From Microbotryum violaceum (Eukaryota), in contig CDLV01000008.1 of NCBI GenBank assembly GCA_001244265.2, positions 1,736,001 through 1,800,000 of the forward strand: a DNA stretch of 64,000 nucleotides, read 5' to 3'. Under the pieces are notes generated by a model. That model worked only from the letters and a program-made list of their open reading frames with translations. It made no database searches and was not told where the DNA came from. Made by a program: the position numbers and the translations under genes. Of the stretch, positions 10,801 through 22,044 are shown piece by piece (the first letter of the stretch is position 1; the number at the start of each line of letters is the position of its first letter).

Positions 10801-12908
10801 AGTCGACGTCCCTGAGCTCGATGAATCCATCAACCTTTTCGGGCTTAAGACCTTCATCCGACGACGAATCAATAACGGGCTGACGGTCGATCGTGGCAAA
10901 GATCGCGGTCGCGGCGCCGCGCGCATACCCGACGGCTTGCAAGTTGGGTGCGATTTGGGCGAGCGAGAAGGCACCGATCAGGATCGAAAAGAAGACGTTG
11001 ACGATCTGACCTGCGTTGGCGCGGCCTTGGAGCAAAAGGGTCGTTCCGTAGTAGAAGGCCAGTGCGTACGAACTGTAGATGATGAAAAAGAAGACCGAGA
11101 GCCCGAAACCATTGAAGAGCGATGACTTGATGCCGAGGTCCATAGTCGTCACATTGCGCACATCGTACATTGATACGAGTTTATTTTGGGTGCTGAAAGC
11201 ATGGGTGTTGCGAACACTCGAAATGACCTCCTCGGCGAGCGTCGAAGCGTGGCCGACCTCCTCGAGTTGCTGGGTCTTGTAGGCCGAGAGATACTTGTTC
11301 ATCACGGCGCCAGAGACTGCAATGGCTGGGATGATCGTCGATAGAACCAATGCAAGACGCCAGTTGCGAACGAAGGCGACGATGAAACCAGTGAAGAAGG
11401 TCGCGAGGAACATGACCGTAATCGAGATCTTGTCCGAGATGCCCTCCTGAATGAGATGGGTGTCGGTCTCGATTCTTGTTGTCACCTCGCCAGCTCCCAA
11501 CTTGTCAAAGTACGCTACATTTTGTTTCATCACCCCATGAAGGTAGGCCTCTCGGATCCTCCTTGTAGATGCCTCGCCAGTGTACACGAATGTGCTTTGG
11601 TACGCCCACGTCGCGACGAACATTCCGATGGCGATGTAAACCAGATAGAGCACATCCTTGTTGACCTCTTTGAAGAGGTCCTCTCTAGCTTGAGCGAGGA
11701 TGGCGTCACCATTGGAAAGACTCGGTGCCTGATCCTTGGCCAACTGGAAGGCCGTGAACGAGGTTGTGAGGGCACCGAAGACGACCGTCATGAGGGGCTG
11801 CGGAGAAGCGCTCGCACGCGGGTCAACTTTCCAATCCGGAGGCCACAGGCATGTCTTTTGCTGGAACTGACCTGGGCAGCTCCTGCTACGATTGCGCCCA
11901 AAATACCAATAAAGTTGAGGAACATCTCAAATTTGGTCGTGTAGCGGAACAGGCCCCAAAATGAGACCGTTGGGGTCCTGACCAATTGTCTAGATGTTCA
12001 AGCCGTGCGAAAGGAATCAGAGACCGTGAATGACATCGACAAACCCTAAAGGATTTGTTGTAAAGAGATGGAAAATGTTGCTCTCAAGGCCGGACGTACA
12101 CTTGTTCTGCCACGATCCTGCGTTGCTCGTCCGTCAGGTGAGCCATCTCCGGATCCTCCAGGACCTCTTCACCGGGAGTGTGAGACCCATCACTCGGATT
12201 ACCATCCTGATTCGCCTTGTATTTCTTGCTCGGCGAAGAAGGGGTGATGCCGGTGGCGGTCTTGCCGGAGCCCGTCGAGGAGTGGTTGGCGATTTCCGGT
12301 CGGGAACGGTCTTGGCCGTCCTGGGGCGCGACCGCCGCTGAAGGGTTCATCGATTCGACCACGGGCAATGCGGTGGTGACGGGGATGTGCGTGGCGGCGT
12401 CATTCGCCGGGTTGCTAACAAAGCCCCCATCCGCGTTGCCGGTGTCGCCGTCCGTGGCAGGGTGGCCTCGTACGGTCGAGGTATGCGAGGCGTAACCGTC
12501 TTGTTGATCGACCGCCGCGGGCGGCAGAGTCGAGGCCGGGCCACCAACCGTGGGCGTCACTTGCTGCCATTCGTGTGGCTGCGTGGCATAGGTGTGCGTA
12601 CGGTCGTCTATCGTCGAGGCCTGGGATTCGGACCGAGTGATGGAGCTCATGTCCGCGTCCCTGGCGTCGGCGTAAGTGGTCGAATGCCCCGATTCGGAAT
12701 TGGCGGTATAGAACGACGGCGCGGCCGTACCTCCTGCAACAGAGTACTCGCTCTGGGTCGACGGCGCATAGGACCGCCTTCCTTGACCGGGGCGCAGATT
12801 GTTCGATGACTCATTGGAGTATTGGGGTTGCTGTTGTGAAAGCACTTCGACACCTTCTTGGCCCGCGCGGCTAAGAGCGCCGCCGTTGGCACTCGAGGAG
12901 GCGGCCAT
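7807..12908 (-). CDS. Full-length ABCB (MDR/P-glycoprotein-like) ABC transporter, TMD-NBD-TMD-NBD
   Basis: Two Walker A motifs (GGSGSGKST, GPSGCGKST), two LSGGQKQRIAIARA signatures and two LLLDEATSALD Walker B motifs, with hydrophobic TMDs. Start MAASSS at 12908 is followed by a long low-complexity N-terminus. Several GT-AG introns restore the frame. Confidence 0.95.
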
Positions 12909-13173
12909 GAGACTAAATGAGCGAACGGGGTCGAGAGGCGGCGGAGAACTGCAGAGACCGTTGATCGCGGGCGTCCCACAGGAGATACAATACGGTGCGG
13001 AGAAGGTCCAGGTCCGAGCAGCGGAAGTCGAGAGAGGGAAAAGGAGAGGCGAAGGAAAGCAGGTTGGAGGAGAAGGGAGAGGGCAAGGACAACCGTATCT
13101 TTGGGCGACGTAGATGCTTGGCACCGGTTTTTCTCCTGCCGGATACAATCAGGCAGATACCGCCTTTGCGTTT

Positions 13174-13273
13174 ACTACTAGGGCTCGTTTGCCTTTATTT
13201 TGACGGCGTGGCGCACTGGCGCAACTACTAGGGCTCGTTTGCCTTTATTTTGACGGCGTGGCGCACTGGCGCA
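13174..13273. repeat. Perfect 50-bp tandem duplication upstream of the ABCB gene
   Basis: ACTACTAGGGCTCGTTTGCCTTTATTTTGACGGCGTGGCGCACTGGCGCA at 13174-13223 and 13224-13273. Confidence 0.95.
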
Positions 13274-14408
13274 CTGGCGGCGTGCTAGCCGCGCGCGCGG
13301 CGCCCTGACTCGCGAAGTCACTTCCGGTTTCGCTTCCGGAGTCCGGACTCTTTTCCTTGGATGACAATGAGATCCCCGCCGCAGTCGCGAGGAGCGGCCG
13401 CCGACCGGCGACGAAGGCGACAGTCGTCATTTCGGGTCGAGTATAATTAGGGATAGGGAGTTGAAAACAGTATGAGTTGACATGAAATTATACTTTTCAA
13501 AAGGCTGAAGGAACGGCTCTCCCTATAGTCCACTTCCACAGTCGTTCCCCGACGCTCTACCTCCTTTCTGCACTAGGCTAGTAGGCGCATAAGCCGCCGA
13601 ACGTGCTCCAATTACGACAAGCCGACGGCGCGATCAGCGCCCTGCAAGTTGTTCCGGCCTCAAGGATCGTGTTGCCGCTTCCATTTTGAATCGACATCGA
13701 CACCGCAATTCAATGAACAAGGGGATCCAAACTATTATTTTGTGGGTAGGAATCCTGGCTGTTCACAGAGCAATCAACCGGAATATCCTGCCTACGTACG
13801 CGTACTGGCTTCGGCGACGGTCAGCTTGAAAGATCAACCGGACTAGTAGAAACTATCGGACGAGGGAGGAGATGCAATCGTAGCGCGCGCGCGCCTCCCC
13901 ATCGCTGCTCGCGACCGGGTCCAGCTCGGTTGCGAGCGATATCGGCGCGTTTTTCAGTTTCGCCGCGCCTACCGGTTCGCCGGTCGGAAGCGATTCGTCG
14001 GGCGCCTTAGTAGACAAAATTGAATTCAGCGGCCCCCGAACTGCGAGCGCCTGACTAGGATGTGTTCCTCCCACACAAGCTTCACCAAAAGGGGCTTGAC
14101 GTCATCCGACACTACCTATAGTTGTGCACTTCGGCAGTTTTCGCAGATGCTGGGCTGTAACCTCGTCACTTCGAGCACGCGACGTGCCAGGTACCTTCGC
14201 TAAGACGCTGGCAGTGCCAATTCGCCACCAGGCCTTCCGCGTGCGAACGCTTTGGGTGGTATAAGCGGACGCGTACTTCTCTGATTGATCTTCGCCCAAA
14301 CTTCATCTAAACTCGAGAAGGCCCATTCATTAATTGCAATGTCAACCCGCTCGGAGATCTAGAAAAAGAGCCCCTCTCCCTTCTTGCCCAAGAAGTTCCT
14401 TCCCCTGT

Positions 14409-16787
14409 CTAATAACTCCGGCCGAACAGAGTCCACCTCTTGGCCTCCTCGCCACACTGCGGGCACTTCTTGCCCTTGACATCACCGAACCTCGCCTGGT
14501 CATAGGGGATGCACAAGCTCTTGGCCCCAGCCGAAGGGGCCTTTTCGTCTTCTGCACCTTCGACCGATTCCTGCGCGGACCGCTTCTTGATCTCGTCCTC
14601 GCACGCCTCGATCTCGCACCACGGCAACACGACGACGTGGTTCTTGTTCAGCGTCGGCACGATCTGCTCCCATCGTTCGATGACGGTGATGTGATCGTTG
14701 AACTCTCCGCGCGCCTTGTTGAGCATGTCGTCGTGGATCGTGTCAAGCAGATCGGGGATCGACTGGGTGAGGTCCTTGATGACGAGTTTGGACTTGTTGC
14801 CCGTGTCCCTGCGGACGGCAACGACGGACTTTTCCTTCAGATCCTTGGGGCCCAACTCCAAACGCACGGGGACACCCTTCAACTCCCAGTCGTTGTACTT
14901 GAAAGCCGGGGTGTAGCCTTCTCGGTCATCGTAGCGGACCTTGATGCCCTTGGCCTTCAGCTCCTTCTCAACGGACAGGCACGCCTCGTAGACCTGGCCT
15001 CGTTCTTCGTCTGTCGTCTTGGCCGTGATACCCACGGGAACGATGACGACCTGCAATTGCGCGACGCGCGGGGGCAAGACCAGGCCCTTGTCATCACCAT
15101 GGACCATGACCATGACACCGATCGTGCGCGTCGACAGACCCCACGAATTTTGCCACACGTGCAACTTGTCCCCCTTATTCTCCGGGTCCTCGACCGAGAT
15201 GTTGAACATTTTGGAAAAGTTTTGGCCCAAGCAATGCGACGTTCCTCCCTGAATACCGCGACCGGTGGTCGGAATGAAGCCCTCTACCGTGGTCGTGTAG
15301 AGACCACCGGCGAACTTTTCCTTCTCAGACTTGACACCGGGGATGACGGGCACGGCCAAAAGCTCCTCGTACACGCGTCGGTAGAGGTCCAAAATCTGCA
15401 GCACCTCGGTGTCGGCCTCGGGCTTGGTCAGGAAAGCCGTATGGCCCTCCTGCCAGAGGAACTCGCGCGTGCGTAAGAACGGTTGGGGGTTCTTGAACTC
15501 CCAGCGCACGACCGAGTTCCATTGGTTCAGCTTGAGGGGGAGATCTCGGTGCGAGCGGATCCATTTGGCATAGTAAGGGTACATGACAGTCTCCGAAGTG
15601 GGGCGGATGGCAATTGGCTCCTCAAGGTCGGATTGGCCACTGTGCGAAAAATTTGGTCAGCTTTAGAAGCTTCGTGCATCCAGCGAGACGAAAGTAACTT
15701 ACGCCCTAGTAACCCATGCGACTTCGGGAGCAAAGCCTTCAATGTGATCCTTTTCCCTCTCCAATACTTTGCTCGAAACGAACATCGGGAAGTAGGCATT
15801 TTGCACGCCGAGCTCCTTGATGCCGGCATCGAAAAAGTTCTGAATCGTCTGCCAGATGCCGTACGACCAAGGCTTGAGGATGTAGCAGCCCGAGATGTCG
15901 TAGTAGTCGAGCATGTCACCTTTAATCAAGGTCTGCGAGTACCAGTCGCCGAAGACGGCTTGCTCCTTGCGGATGGTCAACCCGAGTTGGACACCTGACT
16001 TGCCCTCAAGGTCCTTCTTGCCCCGCAGCGCGGCGGCTTCCTTTTCGGCGATTGTCGACCCCCCACGAGCTGGGGTCGACTTGACAGCAGGAGAAGCAGG
16101 AGCCCTGTTCGTCATGGCGAGGAGGAAACATTGTGTCAGTCACCAAACAGCTCTACCTGGGTCGCGGCCCCGAGTCTGGACTGACGCAGCTTGGGCCGCC
16201 TTGGCCTGGAAATCGACCGCCTTGACCGCGGCACCCTCCTCTTCGAGCTTTTTGATGAGTTGCTGGACCTGTTCTGCCGAGACGGACAAGGTCGTGGCCG
16301 GGTCGATGGGTGACGGCACCGAGAAGGTCTCGCTCGAGCTTGTAAGTGACGACGAGGTGATCAGGAGCGTTGAGGCGACCAACTGGGGCGGAACCGACAG
16401 CGGCGAGGCTGTAACACGCGTGGAATACGTTCATTATTGATGATGTATATATCATAACTAAGACTTTGAGCGGACTAGCTGCAGGAACGTACCCTGCTCT
16501 CTCTTGCGGCCCAAGAGCTTCTCGAGGTCAGCGGCTGCGATGGCCCTCATGTCCTTGAGTCCGACCTGGGTCGCGAGCGCCTTGGCGGGACCGAGGTTCT
16601 GTTCAGGTTCGAGCGTGACGACGACGAGCTTGAGATCCTGATCGGCGTGGGACGGATGCTTGGAGCCGGACTTGGGCGTGAAGAAGTAGGTCTGCAGCCC
16701 GGATGAAGCAGCCGCAGCGGTGGGCTTGTTCTCGCCGCTGAGTAGCTGCAGCGCCTCGAGGCGACCTGTTAGCGAGGTGAGATCCAT
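14409..16787 (-). CDS. Prolyl-tRNA synthetase, eukaryote/archaeal type, with an N-terminal YbaK/ProX-like domain
   Basis: Motifs [78 protein letters not shown], and C-terminal AKSLCIP...CPQC...FGRSY. Confidence 0.95.
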
Positions 16788-17731
16788 CTCGAGTTGTTGT
16801 GGGGTGGGAAACGGTAGAGGGAAGCGGCGGCGAGCTGATGTGGGCTGAATGTGCGACTGACGACGACCAGCAAGAGGGGGTAAGACTCGGGTCGGCGAGG
16901 ACGCGAGCGTGAGGAGGGGAACAGCGGTGGAGGAGGCTTTCTTGGCAGGTAGGACGCTCGCACGAAGAACTCGAAGGAACGACGTCGTGGGCAATCGCAA
17001 GAGTGCGCGGGTAGAGATGCGACACAGGGGATAGCAGTCGGGCTGCAAAGGCGCAGAAACGCGCCTGTTTTCAAACTTTACGCTCGGGCGCGGACCGGCA
17101 AGACTCATCGATGATGATCGCCGCGACGCACCAGGGTCCGGGCGTGCATCAGTGTGCCTTGAAGTGTGCACATCGAAAAATGGTCTTTCTTTGTTTCAAT
17201 TGAGGGGAAATTTTACACTGCTGGCACACAACTTAACGCTCGTGCGTACGCCTCCGAATCGGATTCTTGCACAGGCTGCAGAGAGTCCGAATCCAGTGCC
17301 ACCAACTGGTCCGGCTGCAGGCGGCCGGGAGTACTACCACAATCGACGGGGCACTGCAGTACAGTCAGCGTCGACGTGCGGGAAAGAAAAAAAATGTCTC
17401 ATTTCCCTTCCTTTTGCGGCCCCTGTTCTTGCCTTTGCCGTATGACTCGTCGGGCCGGGGCGGTTAGAATTAGGCTCGAAGCGGGTGAGCGCCAAGCGGC
17501 AGCTTATTGCTGTCGGCCTCGCGATCGGCAGGGACAATTAATTGCCTACCTCGTCGACTGAAAGACGGAAGGAAGTTGGAACCCTCATCCATTGAAATGC
17601 GCATTTCTGGCAAGCAGTGGCCATTCGTGCTTTCCCTCAACCCGACATCCACATCAGCTGACACTCTAGATCAAGACCGTGTTGTACGCTGAGCAATGGG
17701 TACACTATTCCGGCGGCGTAGATACGAAAGC

Positions 17732-19670
17732 ATGCGGATCATGCGTACGTTGATTCAGGGGCCGCTCATAGTGGCCTCGCTCGCCGTAGGGCTGCAGCTG
17801 GCTTCGGCCGCGGCGCCGCTGTCGGCGAACGACTTGAGCTTGGCCAGACGCAACAAGTCGAATTTTGAGGCAGGGATCAAAAGAAGAGATTCGTAAGTAG
17901 TATATGCTTTCAGTGGCACCAACTCGAAAGGCCACTAACTGACATAGACTGTGCCAAACTGTGCCACCACTGCACTGCAGTTGCTCCCCGAGTTCGTGCC
18001 CACAGGTCGCCAATGCGGTCAGCACTTGCGACTCGTCTGGGGCGTGCGACTTCACCTGCGGCCCTAATCTCCTCAAGGACCGGGACGAGGGCAAGTGCGA
18101 ATGCATTTTGGAAGGTTGCCCGGCCGTCGGTAACAGTACCAGGTTCTGCAACGCTTCCGGCATATGTGATTTCACTTGCAACGGCGGCCGGAAGAAGGTT
18201 GGCGACCAGTGCGTGTGCGACACCGAAGGGGGATGCCCGTCGTGTACCCCAAGCATGTGTCCCATCGTCCCCAATGCGATCTCCTCGTGCACCTCCTCCG
18301 GCATGTGCAACTTCAGCTGCACTCGAGGTCTTATCAGGTTCGCCGGGAAGTGCAACTGCAACGAATTCTTTTGTACGACAAGCGCGTTCGACAATGCGTC
18401 TAATGCGTGGTGCAATAACGACACGGGTTCGTGTGATTTTGCTTGCAACTCCGGCACCAAGAAGGTCGGCGACAATTGTGTGTGCGACGTCGCGCAATGC
18501 TCCTCAATAGCCAACGTCGCTTCGAGCTCCTGCCCATCAGCAAATGCGCCGTGTGACTTTGACTGCGCTGCTGGATTCAAACGAGACGGTCGTCAATGCG
18601 TGTGCGATGACGATCAATGCCCCCGGGTGCCCCACGCCGCCTTCAACTTCTGCAACGATTCGGGTATTTGTGATTTTGATTGCGCCGATCGATTCATCCA
18701 AAAGGATCGCCAGTGCGTTTGCGACCCCGCTCGCTGCACCGATGTCGTCCCCAACGGTGCGAGCGTCTGCAACTCTGACGGGTCCGGATGCCACACGACG
18801 TGCAACGTCGGCTTCAAATTGGCCTTTGGCCAGTGTGTGTGCGATGTGGACCAGTGTCCCTACATTACGAACTCTTTCACCTTCTGCGATCACTCGGGAG
18901 CGTGCGGATTCCAGTGCTATCCGGGTTACCGAAAAGAAAACGGTCAATGCGTTCAGGGCTCGTAAGTGCTTCGAATTTCGGTCTCAGGAAAAATGTTACG
19001 GTGAGCTCCTCGCTAACCACGTCCGGCTCAGTATCGGGGCAGCGCTGTGCCGCGTGAACGAGTGTCCCGTCATCGCAAATGGAAGGCGCATCTGCAACAG
19101 CTCTGGAAAGTGCGACTTTACCTGCCTGGACGACTTTACCAAGTCGAACGGGAAATGTATGCGTACGAGGTGCACTAAAGCGTCTCAGTGCCCGGCGGTG
19201 GCCAATGCTTCGTCGATCTGCTCGAGACATGCGTGCAGCTTCGAGTGCAGGGAGGGGTTCAGGAACGTTAATGGGGTATGTGTGCCCAAGCCGTGAGTAC
19301 CAAGCTTTCCCGCTGTGAATTTTTTTCTAGCTTGGACGCAAAATGAGTCTTTGTTACTGTTTATAGTGCACCCTGCACCAAGAAGTCAATCGCCCTCTAC
19401 CAGGGGTACCAAAGTGGGAAACGCGGCCAGCGACCCGTAACGGTTACCTCGGTTGAGGCGTGCGCAGCATACTGCGTCTTGCGCAAGTGCGTCTCATTCG
19501 ACTTTTACAATCCGAACCAGTGCGAGATCCAGATTGGGGGAGGTGGATTCGACCGGTTCGGGTCGGCCAAGCGTGTAGTGCATGGGGTCCCGGGCAAGTG
19601 TTCGGATTTTATCGGCTCGATTCCGATCAAGGCAGCTGGAAAGGCGTGCTCCAATCTGCAGGTGTGGTGA
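17732..19670 (+). CDS. Secreted cysteine-rich repeat protein (10 six-Cys repeats plus a C-terminal PAN/apple-like module)
   Basis: Signal-like MRIMRTLIQGPLIVASLAVGLQLASA and dibasic KRR. Exons to 17892, 17948-18961, 19032-19292 and 19367-19670 join in frame. Start could be 17696, 17732 or 17741. Confidence 0.85.
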
Positions 19671-20376
19671 GTGACAAAACCTTCTAAAGACGCATTGCAA
19701 ACATTCCGTGTGTGTGATCGCTGATATTGTGCGCCTTTCCATTACCTGTAATATATCGATAGCCCTGCCACGACTGCACCACGGTGAAAACTGCCATTGC
19801 CCTGCGCAGCGAACGGCTCTGCTCGAAGACGAGTCACCGCTCTTTTCCGACACTAAGTCTCGGTAAAGCGGATGTATAAAACATAAAACATAAATTGGAC
19901 CCACAATCATCGATATCTGCCTATTACTCACTGCTCGAACGCAAGCAGTGTTCACTGCTGTTCATTTTTGTCTCCAACGCCGGCCTTGAATCTTGACCGC
20001 ATTCTGTCTAGCATCTGAACACCCTTATCGCAATGCATGGCGGTGTTTGGTCACTTCTTTGAGGAGCTGACAATGGCTCACTTTTTGGGCGCCACGTGTA
20101 AGATCACCTGTGAGGCACGGGGGACCACCCCATGAGAGCCCTATTCCGGACTGGTTAGCCTTGGCGAGGTATGCTAATGCCGGAACATGGGTCTAATGCG
20201 CTTGGACCGTGGAGGGGTTCGCAATCACGGCGTGCGACGCGCTTCACTTCGCGCTCCTTCCCCCAACCACTCCCACGCACACACGCACACACAAGTCACA
20301 CACACCGCGCTCGTTCAAGCAACAGACACACGAACCGTCAGCCCCCCCTTGCTCCCATCTCGATCGTTCTGCCACG

Positions 20377-20863
20377 ATGATCATCCCCGTGCGCTGCTTC
20401 TCATGCGGCAAAGTCGTCGGCGATCGATGGACACAGTATCTCGCCCTCCTGGAATCAGGCCATACCGAAGGGTGCGTACACGTTTACGGTGTAGATGGCT
20501 GCTTCCGAGTTCGACGCTGATGTACGAGTGTGCTACGTCTGTCTCTCTGTATCGCTCAGTGACGCTCTGGACGGCTTGGGCTTGAAGCGATACTGCTGCC
20601 GAAGGATGGTCTTGACCCACGTCGATTTGATCGAAAAGTTGTTGCATTGTGAGTTGTACCCGTTGGTGAGAGTGTGTTTACTCGCGGGGTGCTGACTCGT
20701 CTTCTTTCGTTGCCTTCGCTCTCGCCCCTTCCCTTGGCCCCGCTACCCACCTTGAACAGACAACCGTAAGTGCACTTTGGAGCTCACATGACGGCAATCT
20801 TTCTGATTTTCCCATTATCGTGTTCCCACAGCGCTGGAACGAAGAGCAGCCGGCGCGCGCTAA
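20377..20863 (+). CDS. RPB10: RNA polymerases I/II/III shared subunit RPABC5
   Basis: [18 protein letters not shown]...[37 protein letters not shown] from exons 20377-20471, 20560-20648, 20760-20765 and 20832-20863. Confidence 0.97.
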
Positions 20864-20993
20864 ACCGCTTGCCTCTTCATCGGCTCTCCCTTCTCCACCC
20901 CGTTTCAGTAACATTCCCCCTACTCCCTTTGTACCAACATCCCCTCATTACAAAATTGCAATACATATATTACCACCGCAACCCCACCGCTCT

Positions 20994-21744
20994 CTATAAC
21001 TTGATCTCGAACCTCTCGTCCTCACCATTCTCCAACCTCCACTTTTTAATACCCCCTTCCAGGACGACCGCTTTCGAGCTCTGGATGGAACGTTCGCTCA
21101 AGAGGTCTTGATACCAACCTGCGCAACGGGGACCTCGTCCGGAAGAGGACTGACAGTGAAAGATCACGAGAGCGTACCTATTAGGTTAGGGGGAAGCGGA
21201 CCGAACGGGGTTCAGCTCGGAGCGGACTGAATCAAAAACAGTCTAGTGTCCCCCTGCTCGCAATCCAAGGAATGTGAACATGCACGATCCTCTTTCGACA
21301 CGCTACTTACTGTGAAAGGATGGGCAATAGACTCGGCAGGGTCGGGTGAAAGGAATGCGCGGGAAGGTTGATTGCGCCTTTGATGAACGAGTCCTGGTGC
21401 ACGACGTAGAGTAGATCAACTTTAATAAGGGGAAAACTTTGTAACGAAAGCCGAGGCGCTGTCTGTTCGGGACGCATCGCATCGAAGCAGACCCCCGCCC
21501 CCCCAAGCACTGTAGGAGTGTGCGAGGCAATCCTTCGCCTCTTACGTACCTCGAAATCTGTCCTCCTCACATCGACGACCAAGAAACGCTTCTCCGTCCC
21601 CTTTTCCCCTTCCTTCGTAGCATCCAACATCATCTCCTTCAACTCTTGCGTGGTCATCTTGTCCGCTTGAGCGAGCGGAGACGGGAACGCTTCCCACCAA
21701 TTTGCAGGCGCTTGCGAGGGGAGGGGAGGGGCGTCAGTCGTCAT
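20994..21744 (-). CDS. Single-domain rhodanese/Cdc25-like phosphatase or arsenate reductase (Acr2/Ych1/Ibp1 family)
   Basis: Three exons: LVVDVRRTDFE / IKGAINLPAHSF / VIFHCQSSSGRGPRCAGWY...LEGGIKKW. Contains the HC(X5)R active-site motif. Confidence 0.88.
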
Positions 21745-22044
21745 TGTTGAGGACGTGTGGTACTCGGGGTAGGGAGATTTCCGTGAGGGATAGAAGGGCA
21801 AAAGCGCGGCGAGGTGCGAAGGCCCCGACGGCCCCGTGGTGGAGTGGTGGTGGTACTGTGGTGGTGGGGGAGACCAATTTCAAATTCACTTCTTTGTGAG
21901 CCCGGGTGACAAAATCGGGGTCAGAAAATCCCGCCCATTCTCGCACCTCTCATCGCGAGCAAGACCCCTCTCAACAAATAATGCAACTCTTCATCACCCC
22001 CCCACATTGCAGGTTCCCAGATGCAAAACACATACACACCCTCC

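Noticed and set aside
4044-15476. Long plus-strand ORFs (4044-4853, 8302-9138, 10154-11125, 14334-15476)
   Set aside because: Antisense shadows of codon-biased genes (SAM synthetase, ABCB, ProRS). The minus-strand ORFs over the MFS genes are the same kind of artefact.
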